From contig CBDBOV010000001.1 of NCBI GenBank assembly GCA_965208575.1, positions 64,001-128,000 of the forward strand: a stretch of 64,000 nucleotides of DNA, written 5' to 3'. Under the pieces are notes generated by a model. That model worked only from the letters and a program-made list of their open reading frames with translations, had not been told where the DNA came from and did no database searches. Position numbers and translations under genes: made by a program. The stretch is from Spirochaetia bacterium. GTDB lineage: Bacteria > Spirochaetota > Spirochaetia > SZUA-6 > Bin103. This document shows positions 53,420 through 62,929 of this stretch, in pieces (within the stretch, counting starts at the first letter, position 1; the number at the start of each line of letters is the position of its first letter).

Positions 53420-55372
53420 ATGGCGATGGCGAAACGCAATTCCGGCGCCGGTAGCCACCGGTCACGGCAGGCCGCGAGCGCGGCCGACCGACCTGGTGCG
53501 CCCGGCTCGCGGCCGGCCGCGCCGCAGTCCGCCGCATCGCAGTCCGCCGCATCGCAGTCCGCCGCATCGCAGTCCGCCGCATCGCAGTCCGCCACATCGC
53601 AGTCCGCCACATCGCAGTCCGCCACATCGCAGTCCGCCACATCGCAGTCCGCCACATCGCAGTCCGCCACATCGCAGTCCGCCACATCGCAGTCCGCCGC
53701 GCCGCAGTCCGCCACGCCGCGGCGCCACCTGCCGTCGCCGCGCGCGCCGATCGCGGGGCTGGTGGAGGCGCTGACCCATGCGCGCACCCCGGACCAGCCG
53801 GCATGGAAGCTGATGCCGCTGGTGCTGGCGCTGGCGTTCGCGGGGCGCGCGACGGTCGCCCTGAGCGGCGACTTCGTGCTGCACCCGGACGAGATCATGC
53901 AATACCTGGAGCCGGCGCACCGGCTGGCGTTCGGTAACGGCGTCGTCTACTGGGAGTATTTCTACGGTGCGCGCTCCTGGCTGATACCGGGCGCCGTGGC
54001 CGGCGTGCTCAAGCTGTTCGACCTGGTCGGCCTCGGGCAGCCGTGGTGGTACGTGGCCGGCGTCAAGCTGATGTTCTGCGTGCTGTCGCTGGCGATTCCG
54101 GCCGGCATGTACGTGTTCGCGCGCCGCCACTTCGGCGAGACCGCGGCGCGGGTGGCCCTGGTGGCCGGTGCCTTCTGGTACGAGCTGGCCGGCTTCGCGC
54201 ACAAGCCGCTGACCGAGTTCGTAGCCACCGCACCACTCATGGGGCTGCTGGCGCTGTGCGTGCGGCCCGCGACCGACCGCCCGCGCGTCGCCGCCTGGCA
54301 GGCCGCGACGCTCGCCGTGCTGGCAGGCGCGATCCGCATGCAGTACGCGCCCGTCGCCCTGGTGCTCCTGGCCGTCGTGTTCCTGCGCACCCGGCACAAG
54401 CTGCTGCTCGCCGGTACCGCCGCGGCCCTGACCTTCGCGGTCGGGATCTTCGATGCCGTTACCTGGGACAGCGGCCTGTTTCACTCCTACCTCACCAACC
54501 TGCGCTTCAACCTGGCCGACGGCGGCAACCTGTCCGGCCAGGTTCCGTTCCATCGGCTTCCCTGGTGGTTCGCGCTCGCCGGCGGGGGCGTGAGCGTGCT
54601 GTGCCTCGCCGGGGCGCTGCGCTCGCCGCGGCGGTACGGGTTGCTGTTCGGGCTGACCGCCCTGGTGGTGCTGATCCACTCGCTGCCGGCGCACAAGGAA
54701 CTGCGCTTCATTTTCGTCGTCGTGCCCTTGTGGCTGCTGATCGGCGCCGACCTGGCGGCACGCGCGGCGGCATGGGTCGGGGCGCGCGCGCCGGCCCGCC
54801 CCGCCGCGGCGCGCTGGACGATGGCGGCCGCGGGCACGCTGTTTGCGGTGGTGTCGATTGCCGGGATGCTGAAAGCGCTGCCCGCCCAGACGCTGGCGTA
54901 TCCGGCATGGGCGAGCGAAGCCGGCAATGACCGCTTCCTGTACGGCCAGGACGAGGCGTTCGCCGCTTACCGCTACCTGGCGCGTGCGCCCGGCGTGGAA
55001 GCGGTATGGCACCTGGACCGGCCCTACTTTACCACTCCCGGCTACTACTACCTGCACCGCGCAATACCGTGGTACGACAGCGCAAGCGGCGGCCTCATCG
55101 ACTGGAGCATGGCGACGGTGTCCGCGTCAGTGAGCCACCTGGTGTTCACGCGCCGCGACCTGACCGTGCCCGGCTACTCGCTGGAACGGGAGTTCGGTGA
55201 CATCCTCATTCTGCGCCGGGACGCCGCCGGGCCGCCGGTGCGCCGCTGGCGGCAATACGCCCCGGTCATCGTCTTCCCGGTGGTCTGGGACGTCATGCCG
55301 CGGGTGGACGCCGACGCGCCCGCGCCGCCGGCGAACTTCGCCATCGACTTCGCCGCCGGAGGCAACCGGTGA
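53420..55372 (+). CDS. PIG-B/ALG9-like (GT22, GT-C fold) mannosyltransferase
   Basis: HPDEIMQYLEPAHRLAFG, WEY..GARSW, YL..N, HKELRFI; many TM helices. Confidence 0.8.
   Translation: MAMAKRNSGAGSHRSRQAASAADRPGAPGSRPAAPQSAASQSAASQSAASQSAASQSATSQSATSQSATSQSATSQSATSQSATSQSATSQSAAPQSATPRRHLPSPRAPIAGLVEALTHARTPDQPAWKLMPLVLALAFAGRATVALSGDFVLHPDEIMQYLEPAHRLAFGNGVVYWEYFYGARSWLIPGAVAGVLKLFDLVGLGQPWWYVAGVKLMFCVLSLAIPAGMYVFARRHFGETAARVALVAGAFWYELAGFAHKPLTEFVATAPLMGLLALCVRPATDRPRVAAWQAATLAVLAGAIRMQYAPVALVLLAVVFLRTRHKLLLAGTAAALTFAVGIFDAVTWDSGLFHSYLTNLRFNLADGGNLSGQVPFHRLPWWFALAGGGVSVLCLAGALRSPRRYGLLFGLTALVVLIHSLPAHKELRFIFVVVPLWLLIGADLAARAAAWVGARAPARPAAARWTMAAAGTLFAVVSIAGMLKALPAQTLAYPAWASEAGNDRFLYGQDEAFAAYRYLARAPGVEAVWHLDRPYFTTPGYYYLHRAIPWYDSASGGLIDWSMATVSASVSHLVFTRRDLTVPGYSLEREFGDILILRRDAAGPPVRRWRQYAPVIVFPVVWDVMPRVDADAPAPPANFAIDFAAGGNR
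53522..53716 (+). repeat. 15-bp tandem repeat x13 encoding (S/P)QSA(A/T)
   Basis: Unit TCGCAGTCCGCC(A/G)CA directly readable. Confidence 0.95.
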
Positions 55373-57219
55373 GCTGCGCGCCGCCGGATGGTTCGCCCCG
55401 TAGCGGCGGCGGCAGCCGGGACGCGGGCGCCGCGGCCAACACGCCACCGCGGTCACCCTGCGCTGCCGGGGCGCGTCCGGCGGTGTCGCCGGCGCAGTGG
55501 CTGTGCGGCGCCGCGGTCGCCGCGGTTGCGGTGCTCGCGGTGCTGCACATGGCCTCGGTGGTCAGCGAGTTCCAGGCCACCGCCGGGCTGCACCGCTGGT
55601 TCATGACCTACGCCGAGGGCTATCACCGCCGCGGGCTGATCGGAACCGTCTTTCAGTTCCTGGCCGGCCATCGGCCGCGGGAGGAGCAGATCGCGCTCGC
55701 ATCCGGGATATCCGCGGCCGGCACCTACGCGTGGCTGATCGGCACGCTCGCCGTGTTCGTGATTGCCGCCGCCAAGTCGCGCGACCGTGCGCTCGGCGGC
55801 GCGGCGGTGGCGTTCGCCGCCTTCGCCTTCATCAACCCGATGTGGACGACGCGCGCCTACGACAACGGCTACCTCGACTGCCTGCCAGGCATCGCCGTGG
55901 TTGTGGCGCTGGCGGCCTACGCCGGCAAGCGTCCCGTGCTGTCCGGGGCCGTGGCCGCCGTCAGCGTCGTCGCCTACTGGGGAACGATCTTCGTGTGGCT
56001 GCCGCTTGGGTTCCTGGTCGCCTGCGTACTCTGGCGTGACGCGGCGGCGGGCGCCGGCGGGAAGCGTGCGGCGGCGCGGCGGTTGCTCGCCGCGGTGCGG
56101 CGCCGGGAAGCGTTGTCGCTGCTGCTGCCGGTGGCGGCGGCCCTCCTGTCGGCGCTGTTGAACGACACCGACGCCGCGATCGCGGAGCTGGAGCGCATCG
56201 GCGGACAGCAGAACATCATCGAACAGACGTTCCGCAGCGGCTGGAGTGCCCTGGTGGACCAGGTCCGGTGGTTGCTGGTGGGCTGGCGCACCTACCTGGC
56301 GCTGGCCGCGGTGTACGTCGCGCCGCCGGCCGTGTGCGCCGGCCTGTGGGTCGGCGTCATGCGCCGCCGCGGCTACGCCCTGTTCGGCCGCGCCTGGCGG
56401 GATGCCGGGGCCGCCGTGCTGGCGACGATCGCGCCGGTGTCGTTCCTGCTGGTGGCCTTCGACCTGGCGCGGCTGATGGCGTGGAGCTATCTCGCGTTCG
56501 CGGTAGTGGCGGTGTTCTGGCTGACCGCGGCCCGCGCCGACCCGTCCGCGGCGCGGCCGGCGCGGCGGGTGTGGCCATGGATGGCGGCCCCGCTGATGCT
56601 GGCGGCACTGTTCTGGACGACCCCGACCATCTATGCCTGGGTGGACATGAGCCACCTGGTCCGTTGCGAGCGGTTCTGCTTCAAGGAACGGACGCCGCAG
56701 GGCCGCCTCCTGGACCTGTACCGGCGCCGCGCCGTCTCCTCTCCCATCTGGGAGATCACCGCCCGCGGCAGCGTCCTGCCGGCCTGGACCGGACACAACG
56801 AGAGATCCTCGGCCGAGGAACCCTGGCGCCGCGTGGCGCGCGCCGGCCGCGACCAACCCGGCAACCTGATGATGATCGACTACGAGATCGAGCACCTGGA
56901 TGCGACGGTGCTCGCGCCGGCGCAGGCCAAGCGCGCGATCATCGGCGCCGGACCGCACCGGATCGCGATCTCCTACCGGGCCACGGACACCGAGCACGCC
57001 AACGCGGAGACCCGCTTCTTCATCTCCAGCAGCACCCTCGACCACATGTACCAGGTGCTGGGCGCGCCGCTGCCCGCGTCGCAGACCGTGTATGCCGCCA
57101 CGATTACGCCGCCGCCGCGGCTGGCCGGCAACCTGTTCGTATGGACGGTTGTCTACGACGGCACGGGCGTGTTCGAGCTGCACGAAGTCTCATTCGTCAA
57201 GGTGGGCCGGGAGCGGTGA
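55369..57219 (+). CDS. Polytopic membrane protein (possible GT-C-like) with C-terminal soluble domain
   Basis: About 10 hydrophobic segments, Y..GY.RRGLIGT and D.AR motifs; GTGA overlap with the GT22 gene. Confidence 0.65.
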   Translation: MSCAPPDGSPRSGGGSRDAGAAANTPPRSPCAAGARPAVSPAQWLCGAAVAAVAVLAVLHMASVVSEFQATAGLHRWFMTYAEGYHRRGLIGTVFQFLAGHRPREEQIALASGISAAGTYAWLIGTLAVFVIAAAKSRDRALGGAAVAFAAFAFINPMWTTRAYDNGYLDCLPGIAVVVALAAYAGKRPVLSGAVAAVSVVAYWGTIFVWLPLGFLVACVLWRDAAAGAGGKRAAARRLLAAVRRREALSLLLPVAAALLSALLNDTDAAIAELERIGGQQNIIEQTFRSGWSALVDQVRWLLVGWRTYLALAAVYVAPPAVCAGLWVGVMRRRGYALFGRAWRDAGAAVLATIAPVSFLLVAFDLARLMAWSYLAFAVVAVFWLTAARADPSAARPARRVWPWMAAPLMLAALFWTTPTIYAWVDMSHLVRCERFCFKERTPQGRLLDLYRRRAVSSPIWEITARGSVLPAWTGHNERSSAEEPWRRVARAGRDQPGNLMMIDYEIEHLDATVLAPAQAKRAIIGAGPHRIAISYRATDTEHANAETRFFISSSTLDHMYQVLGAPLPASQTVYAATITPPPRLAGNLFVWTVVYDGTGVFELHEVSFVKVGRER

Positions 57220-57400
57220 TGCAGCGGTGACGACCGGCGGCGCCGCGCCGCGCGCCGGTCCGGCTCTGCCGGTGCGGGTGGCGGACACGCGCCGGAGGCC
57301 GGCTCTCGCGGCAGGTTCGAAGTCGGTGCGGGAACCACAGACCAGTTCAGTCCGTCCGCCGTCGGGCGAGAGGAACTTTCCGCCGGTCGCACCGGATCCA

Positions 57401-57667
57401 CTACGCTGCGCGTTGACGGCGGCGCTCCTGGTCGAGGTCGAAGTAGGCTTGGCGGCGCAGCCAGAACCTGGCGTTGCTCCAGCCGATACGTTCCAAGGCA
57501 ATGGCCATCGCCGGAGAAATGCCGATGCGGCCGTTCAGCAGGCGGGACAGGTGCTCGCGCGGAGTCCCCAGACGCCGCGCGCACTCGGTGACGGTCCAGC
57601 CCATTGCCTCGATGCTGTCCCGAATGCTCGCGCCCGGATGAGTCAAAGGCATTTCCCTACCGGCCAT
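57401..57667 (-). CDS. higA: HigA-family antitoxin (HTH)
   Basis: HPG, LSRLLNGRIGISPAMAIAL, FWLRRQ..FDL. Confidence 0.9.
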   Translation of the reverse strand: MAGREMPLTHPGASIRDSIEAMGWTVTECARRLGTPREHLSRLLNGRIGISPAMAIALERIGWSNARFWLRRQAYFDLDQERRRQRAA

Positions 57668-57678
57668 TGTGGCCTCCT

Positions 57679-57951
57679 TCAGTGGTAGTCGACCAACTCC
57701 ACATCCACCGCCTCGCTGGCGATGAATCGGAACACGATGCGCCAATTGCCGGACACCCGCACGCTCCAAAGACCGTGTTGAGCACCCTTCATGGCATGCA
57801 GCCGGTAGCCGGGGAGACGCATGTCATGGGGTGACTCTGCCGCATCCAGATCAGACAGAATGCGTTCGATACGAGGTACATGGTCGGCGTTCAGCAGGCG
57901 TGCGTCGTGCCGCTCGAACAACGCCCGGAGTCCCTTGTGGGCGAAGTCCAT
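57679..57951 (-). CDS. higB: HigB/RelE-family toxin
   Basis: FAHKGL, PGYRLHAMKG, WSVRVSGNWRIVFRF, VDYH. Confidence 0.9.
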   Translation of the reverse strand: MDFAHKGLRALFERHDARLLNADHVPRIERILSDLDAAESPHDMRLPGYRLHAMKGAQHGLWSVRVSGNWRIVFRFIASEAVDVELVDYH

Positions 57952-57964
57952 CGCGGCCTGCAGT

Positions 57965-57981
57965 GTGACATATCATGTCAC
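57965..57981. promoter_or_regulatory. Palindromic operator upstream of higBA
   Basis: GTGACAT-ATC-ATGTCAC inverted repeat. Confidence 0.7.
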
Positions 57982-58196
57982 GTTCCGCAAGCAAGTGGTC
58001 AGCCTCGGCTCGACCATCCGGACGGTGCAGCCTGTCGGCCACCCTGCCGAGCATCCTTGTAGGCGATCCGACGTGCCTCGTCCGGCGTCGCCGGGCAGAC
58101 GTGTCCGATCACCACGCGCTTGTTGCCGATGATGCCTGGTGAGCAGGGCGAAGCGCGACTCCACCTCGCGGCGCTCGATGGCATTCAATCGACACG

Positions 58197-58412
58197 CTCC
58201 GAGCCGACGTGGCCGAAGTGCGTCGCGACCTTCACGTACCGAGCGACCGCGTGGCGCGCATTGAGGGCGCGTTGACCGGTCCCTGGCGACCGCAGACGAA
58301 CGGCGGCACGTCGAATCCCGTAGCGCCCCCGGCGCCGCCAGCGAAGTCCCATAATACGCCCGGTGTCAAGGCGGCGCCCACGAACAACTTGTACATGGCA
58401 AGCATCTTGTAG
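58197..58412 (+). pseudogene. C-terminal fragment of the small TM/coiled-coil protein family
   Basis: LRADVAEVRRDL...DRVARIEG; shares RADVAEVRRDL with the 61415 copy; no N-terminal TM. Confidence 0.5.
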
Positions 58413-58427
58413 CGCCTCCGTGTCTCC

Positions 58428-58637
58428 TCAGCCGCGGCCCGACAGCGCCTGTTCCAAGCGCCGGAAACCATCCATGAGTTGCTGGTGCAGCACCTCGGCA
58501 CGGCGCGTCTGGTTGGCGGCCTGTTCGCGTTGCGCCGCCACCTGCTCCCGTTGGGCCGCCACCTGGGCGCGTTGCTCGGCTACCTGATGCTTCAGCAGGT
58601 CCCTGATCTCCGTCAGCAACTCTGCAACCTGATCCAT
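58428..58637 (-). CDS. Small coiled-coil protein
   Basis: AGGAGG RBS; repeated QVAAQRE heptads. Confidence 0.65.
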   Translation of the reverse strand: MDQVAELLTEIRDLLKHQVAEQRAQVAAQREQVAAQREQAANQTRRAEVLHQQLMDGFRRLEQALSGRG

Positions 58638-59128
58638 TTGTCTCGTCCTCCTTGACGGTTCAATCGTGCAACATTCAAGTCCGAGCGGTCAAGAAGAGCC
58701 TCTTTTGCGTATCCGTCGGTGGCTGCGAGCCCCTTGACGGAACTCAACGGCGCCCGCAGCTCGTGGCTCACCATGCCAAGAAACTCCGCCCGCTCGCGCT
58801 CCAACTCCTGCAACGGCCGCAGGTCCTGCATGGTCACGACCACCGACGCGACCGCGCCGCCCCGGCCCGCTATGGGCGTCACGTTGATCAGAATGGAGAT
58901 GGTTCGACCATCGCGCACCGACAACACTACCTCCTCGGCTCGGAGCGGGGCGGCGTTGCTCAGGCACGCCGCCAGCGGGAACTCGTTGAGTGCGATCTCC
59001 TGACCGTCGGCGAGCCGGAAGGTCACCGTCTGCAGCAGTTCTTCCACGGTCTCCGCCGCACCGCTCAGGCTCGATATGCGGTTGCGCAGCGCCTCGATCT
59101 CCCTCATGAGTTCATCCGGACTCTTCAA
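58613..59128 (-). pseudogene. Sensor histidine kinase remnant (partial PAS + HisKA; no ATPase domain)
   Basis: DGRTISILINVTPI...VVTMQD, FLGMVSHELRAPL; similarity stops shortly after the H-box. Confidence 0.75.
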
Positions 59129-59329
59129 TCAATCCTCCCGTGCACGGAGGTGTCCACACAAAAAGTACGCAATCTCCCCGTTTGTGCACACTTATTCAAC
59201 TACTTGGCCCCGAATAAGCGTGCCAAAGTGCGCGTTCATACTATGTTGCCGTATTGTCCACACGGGGATCATGAGTGAGATTTTGGACACTGTTCACAAT
59301 CAGGCGGCGCGCTCACCTTCCCCGACCGG

Positions 59330-60571
59330 TTACAGCACGCGCCACCACGGCGCCGCGAGCACGTCGGGCGCCAACCATTCGAGCGCGGCTCCGGCGTGCA
59401 GCAACAGTCCGGAGCGGGCGGCTGCTCCATATTCCGCCCGGAAGGCACGCAGGTTCACCGTGTCACGCAGGCGCGGACGAGTGGTTGTCTTCACCTCGAT
59501 CGGCAACAGCCGCCCTGCGGTCTCGATGACGAAGTCCACCTCGACGCCTGTCGTCGTGCGCCAATACATGAGGTCGGCGGGAGGCAGCCGCGCGTCCCGC
59601 CAACACAGGAGGTCGTGCAGCACGATGTTCTCCAGGTGGGCGCCGCCGGGCTCCTCCTGCTGAGCGAGGTGCAGCGCCAGGCCGGTATCGCTCCAGTAGA
59701 GCTTCGGCAGCTTGCTGACCCGCTTGCCGCGATTGGGCGCATACGCGGGAAGGCGAACGAGCAGATACGACGTTTCGAGCAGGTTGAGGTAGCGGTGCAC
59801 CGTGGTTTGCGGCAGGGAAACGTCTCGGCCCAGCCTGGTCTGATTCACGACTTGGCCCAATTGCAGGCATGCGGCGCGCACGAGGCGGCGAAAGTCCGGC
59901 AGCGCGGTGATCGCCGACAGCCCCTGAAGGTCGCGTTCGAGGTAGGTCTGCACGTACCCGTCGAACCAGATGCGCCTCTGCAGGTCCGTTTCCTGGTGGA
60001 CGGCGGGGACCGGGAAGCCGCCCCGCCGCGCCAGACTCCGCCAGTCCTCCGGCCCGCCTTGCTGCGCCGCCACGAGGTCGAGCCACTGGTCATCGCAGGC
60101 ACCCACGAGCTGTTCCCAGATCCCGCCGCTGCCAAGCCCCCGCTGCTCGCGGCGCGTCATCGGCCACAGACTCAGATAGCTCGCGCGCCCTGCCAACGAC
60201 TCGGAAACCCGTCGCATGAGCAGCAGATTCGCCGATCCCGTCAGGAGGAACCGGCCCGGTTGCCGCTGCCGGTCGATCACGCGCTTCACGGCGTGGAGCA
60301 GGTCGGGATGGCGCTGCACCTCGTCGATGGTCAACGGCTGGTCGCCGCCCACGAGTGCGTCCGGATCGCGCCGGGCGGCGTCGATCGCGTCCAGGTCATC
60401 CAGGGAGACATAGCGCCGGTCGCCCAGCGTCCTGTCTCCCGCCAGCGTGCTCTTGCCGGTCTGGCGCGCGCCCGTCACCACGGCCGCGGGCATCGCCCGA
60501 AGGCGCTCCGCGAGGCTCGGTCCGGCAAGGCGCGGGAGGTGCAATCCATTCACGCTATGAATGATAATCAT
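59330..60571 (-). CDS. AAA_14 ATPase + DUF4143 protein
   Basis: GARQTGKS, IDEVQ, LTGS, ESLAGR, GGFP, TYLERD, KLYWSDTG, EVDF, IEVK. Confidence 0.92.
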   Translation of the reverse strand: MIIIHSVNGLHLPRLAGPSLAERLRAMPAAVVTGARQTGKSTLAGDRTLGDRRYVSLDDLDAIDAARRDPDALVGGDQPLTIDEVQRHPDLLHAVKRVIDRQRQPGRFLLTGSANLLLMRRVSESLAGRASYLSLWPMTRREQRGLGSGGIWEQLVGACDDQWLDLVAAQQGGPEDWRSLARRGGFPVPAVHQETDLQRRIWFDGYVQTYLERDLQGLSAITALPDFRRLVRAACLQLGQVVNQTRLGRDVSLPQTTVHRYLNLLETSYLLVRLPAYAPNRGKRVSKLPKLYWSDTGLALHLAQQEEPGGAHLENIVLHDLLCWRDARLPPADLMYWRTTTGVEVDFVIETAGRLLPIEVKTTTRPRLRDTVNLRAFRAEYGAAARSGLLLHAGAALEWLAPDVLAAPWWRVL

Positions 60572-60747
60572 TCACGCCGTGAATGAACATCACCGGGACA
60601 GTGCACACGGCCGCGCAAGCGACGGTCGCCAGTGGCCGCACCCGGGCTCGGTTCCGCACATCCACTGCCGGCACCTTGGCTCGCGCTCGGTACCGAAACC
60701 ACGCCAGTGCGACGACGTGACTGCGGCCGGAGGCCGCCTGCTTGGTT

Positions 60748-60808
60748 GCGCGAACGGCACGACGTGGTCGACCTCCAGCCGATAGCGGGAACCGCAGCGA
60801 CGCCCGCT
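60748..60808 (-). pseudogene. 61-bp remnant of the HNH domain of the 37195 gene family
   Basis: Reverse complement matches 38824-38884 at 56/61 nt (SGRRCGSRYRLEVDHVVPFA). Confidence 0.8.
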
Positions 60809-61165
60809 ACTCGGCGAACCCTTTGCTGATGGCGACATTCACCGAAGAGGTTGGATACGCACAGCCGCGGTTGCCGTCTACCCAGCAGTCCTCCGAATAC
60901 TCCGGTTCCGTGAGCACAACCATATTGAAGCTGCCGAGTACCCAGGTAGGCCCCCAGTAGTAGCCGAGCCACGGCTCGCCCCTCTCGTATGCCGTGCTCA
61001 AGGAAGCGATCAATGCCGGGGCGTTCTCGGGGCGGAAGTTGGTGAAGGACGTATCCAATCCATAGGTCGCCAACTTGTCGGTGTTGATCTGCTCGCACTG
61101 CCAGCCGGCGATACAGTTGTGGTAGACACCTGGGCCGGGCTGCTCGGGATCCTGGAAAACGCTGG
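60807..61165 (-). pseudogene. Internal fragment of a glycine betaine/proline ABC substrate-binding protein
   Basis: FQDPEQPG...NCIAGWQCE...GYYWGPTWVLG...EPEY...GCAYP; lacks N- and C-termini. Confidence 0.7.
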
Positions 61166-61414
61166 CATGCCGGGGCTAGATGTCTTGGTGATATGCCATG
61201 ATACGGAGCGGTTTAGAGAAAGAGCTCCTATCGAAGTTGATCTGCGCAGAATCAGTATAGATTGCGTCGATGAAAGCATTCGCGCTGGACGGGACTTGGT
61301 GATTTGGGCAGTGCCGCCGCCCCAGGGAGCGGTCAACCGGCACGGTTGCTGCGGAGTCTGCTATCTCCGCACGGCCGGCAATCCGGACGGCGCCGCCATG
61401 TTCGAAGCCGCACC

Positions 61415-61642
61415 GTGAGCGCCGAGGCCGTAGCCATCGTCGGCGTTGGCGTGGCGCTGCTGGCCGTGCTGGTGCCCCTGCTGCTGACCGTGGCGGCCCG
61501 CTTGCAGCGGCGCATTGACACCCTGGCGGCCGAACTGGCGTCGGCGCACACCGAGCTACGCGCCGACGTGGCCGAGGTGCGCCGCGACCTGCAAGCCCGG
61601 TCGAACTCGTGGCCTCACCAGCCGTCGTTCGATGGCGGCTAG
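61415..61642 (+). CDS. Small TM + coiled-coil protein (C-terminus probably replaced)
   Basis: MSAEAVAIVGVGVALLAVLVPLLL...ELRADVAEVRRDL; paralogous to fragments at 7572 and 58197. Confidence 0.55.
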   Translation: MSAEAVAIVGVGVALLAVLVPLLLTVAARLQRRIDTLAAELASAHTELRADVAEVRRDLQARSNSWPHQPSFDGG

Positions 61643-61708
61643 CGTCGGGCGGCGCCTTCGTCGCGCTGTCGAGGTGCAGAGTAAGTGAGGAGTACGTCGA
61701 GCGTCCGT

Positions 61709-62612
61709 TCAAGGTGCGCGGGGGCCGTCGAGCGGCGCCAGTCCGAGGACGCGCACCGCCCACGGCAGCGCCGTGCCAAGCTGCTCGCGCTGGACCGAAC
61801 GCACGCGGCGCCATCGGGACCGGCGGTCTTCCCGCGCGCTCGGCGAAGAAGCCGCTGACCACCGCCGCCAGGCGTGCCGCGCCGGGCAGGATTTCCTCCG
61901 GCGCCGGACCGCCCTCGGCGTGCAGGCTCGGGAGCCAGAAGGCGATATCGACATCGGGGTGCGCCAGCACCGCCAGGTTCCAGTCCACCAGCAGTGCACG
62001 CCCGGCGCACAGGCAGAGGTTGTCGCTGCGCACGTCCCAATGGGTAGGGTACGGGCCGTCCAGGTCGGCGCTCTCCTCGGCGTCGATGAGCGGGGGAGCA
62101 CTGCTGCGCAGCCAGCGCCCTGATGCCAGACCAAGCGCCAGAAACTCCGCCGGTGCCGCTGCCACCCGCCGCCAGCTCCCGCCGAGACCGCGATCGGCAG
62201 CGCTCAACGGCGGCAGCGCTTCCCCCGGGTCGGCGGTTCGCAGACTCGCCAGTGCCGCCAGCACCCGGTCGACGGCGGTGGCGTCCCACGGTGGCGGCCA
62301 CCGGCAACCGCTCAGATCCTCCAGCAGCAACAGCGGCCGTTCGCCGTCGTCCCAGCCGCGCACCCGCGGCATGAAGTCGCCCTGCAGCGCTGCGTATACC
62401 CGCTGTTCCGTTCGCAGCCCATCCGCGGTCAACGGGTCGACAGCGATCTTGGCGAACGCGCTCGAGCCATCGGCGAACGCCACGATCCAGCGCTCCGCAG
62501 GGGTGTAACCGCGGAGCGCGCGGCGGAAGCTGACCGCGCGCTGTCCTGCCAAGGCGCCGATACGGGAAATGTCCACCCCGGCCGGCTGGGCGGTGCCGGC
62601 GTCACGACCCAT
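61709..62612 (-). pseudogene. Aminoglycoside phosphotransferase/kinase-like protein with a frameshift near 61800
   Basis: AFAK, LLLEDL, HWDVRSDN, VDW; family-like C-terminus RVRSVQREQL.TALPWA lies in another frame ending at 61709. Confidence 0.7.
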
Positions 62613-62929
62613 TCCCCCATCGTACCCTTGCGAACGAGAGCAGGGTAGGCGGATGCGTCCAGCACGCCGGCGCGGCGGTTTCCACGCCGAGGCGCCACGA
62701 GGCCATTGATCGCTCCGGGTCACGTCGGACGGGTTCGTGGTCGGTACAGCCTCGCTGCGGCGTCATAGTGCGCGGGTTCGGTGGGTAGCACGCTTGCCCG
62801 CGCCAGCAGCCCTCGAAGCGCTTCAAGGTGGCTCTCGTCTCGTGCGCCTGCGAGTACCTCCATCCGGATCGCATTGCAGATCGCGAGGTCGCCGTCCAAC
62901 TCGGCGTGGTATGTAGTGTGTGTACCGCG

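Noticed and set aside
53522-53716. Possible CRISPR or phase-variation switch
   Set aside because: 15-bp contiguous unit, a multiple of three, so no spacers and no frameshifting
38824-60808. DGR template/variable repeat pair (38824-38884 vs 60748-60808)
   Set aside because: Only 2 of 5 mismatches are at adenines, the repeat is short, and no reverse transcriptase is present
58203-61595. attL/attR pair of a recently integrated 3.4-kb circle
   Set aside because: The repeat copies differ at synonymous positions like diverged paralogs and no intact recombinase is present; kept only as a low-confidence alternative in findings
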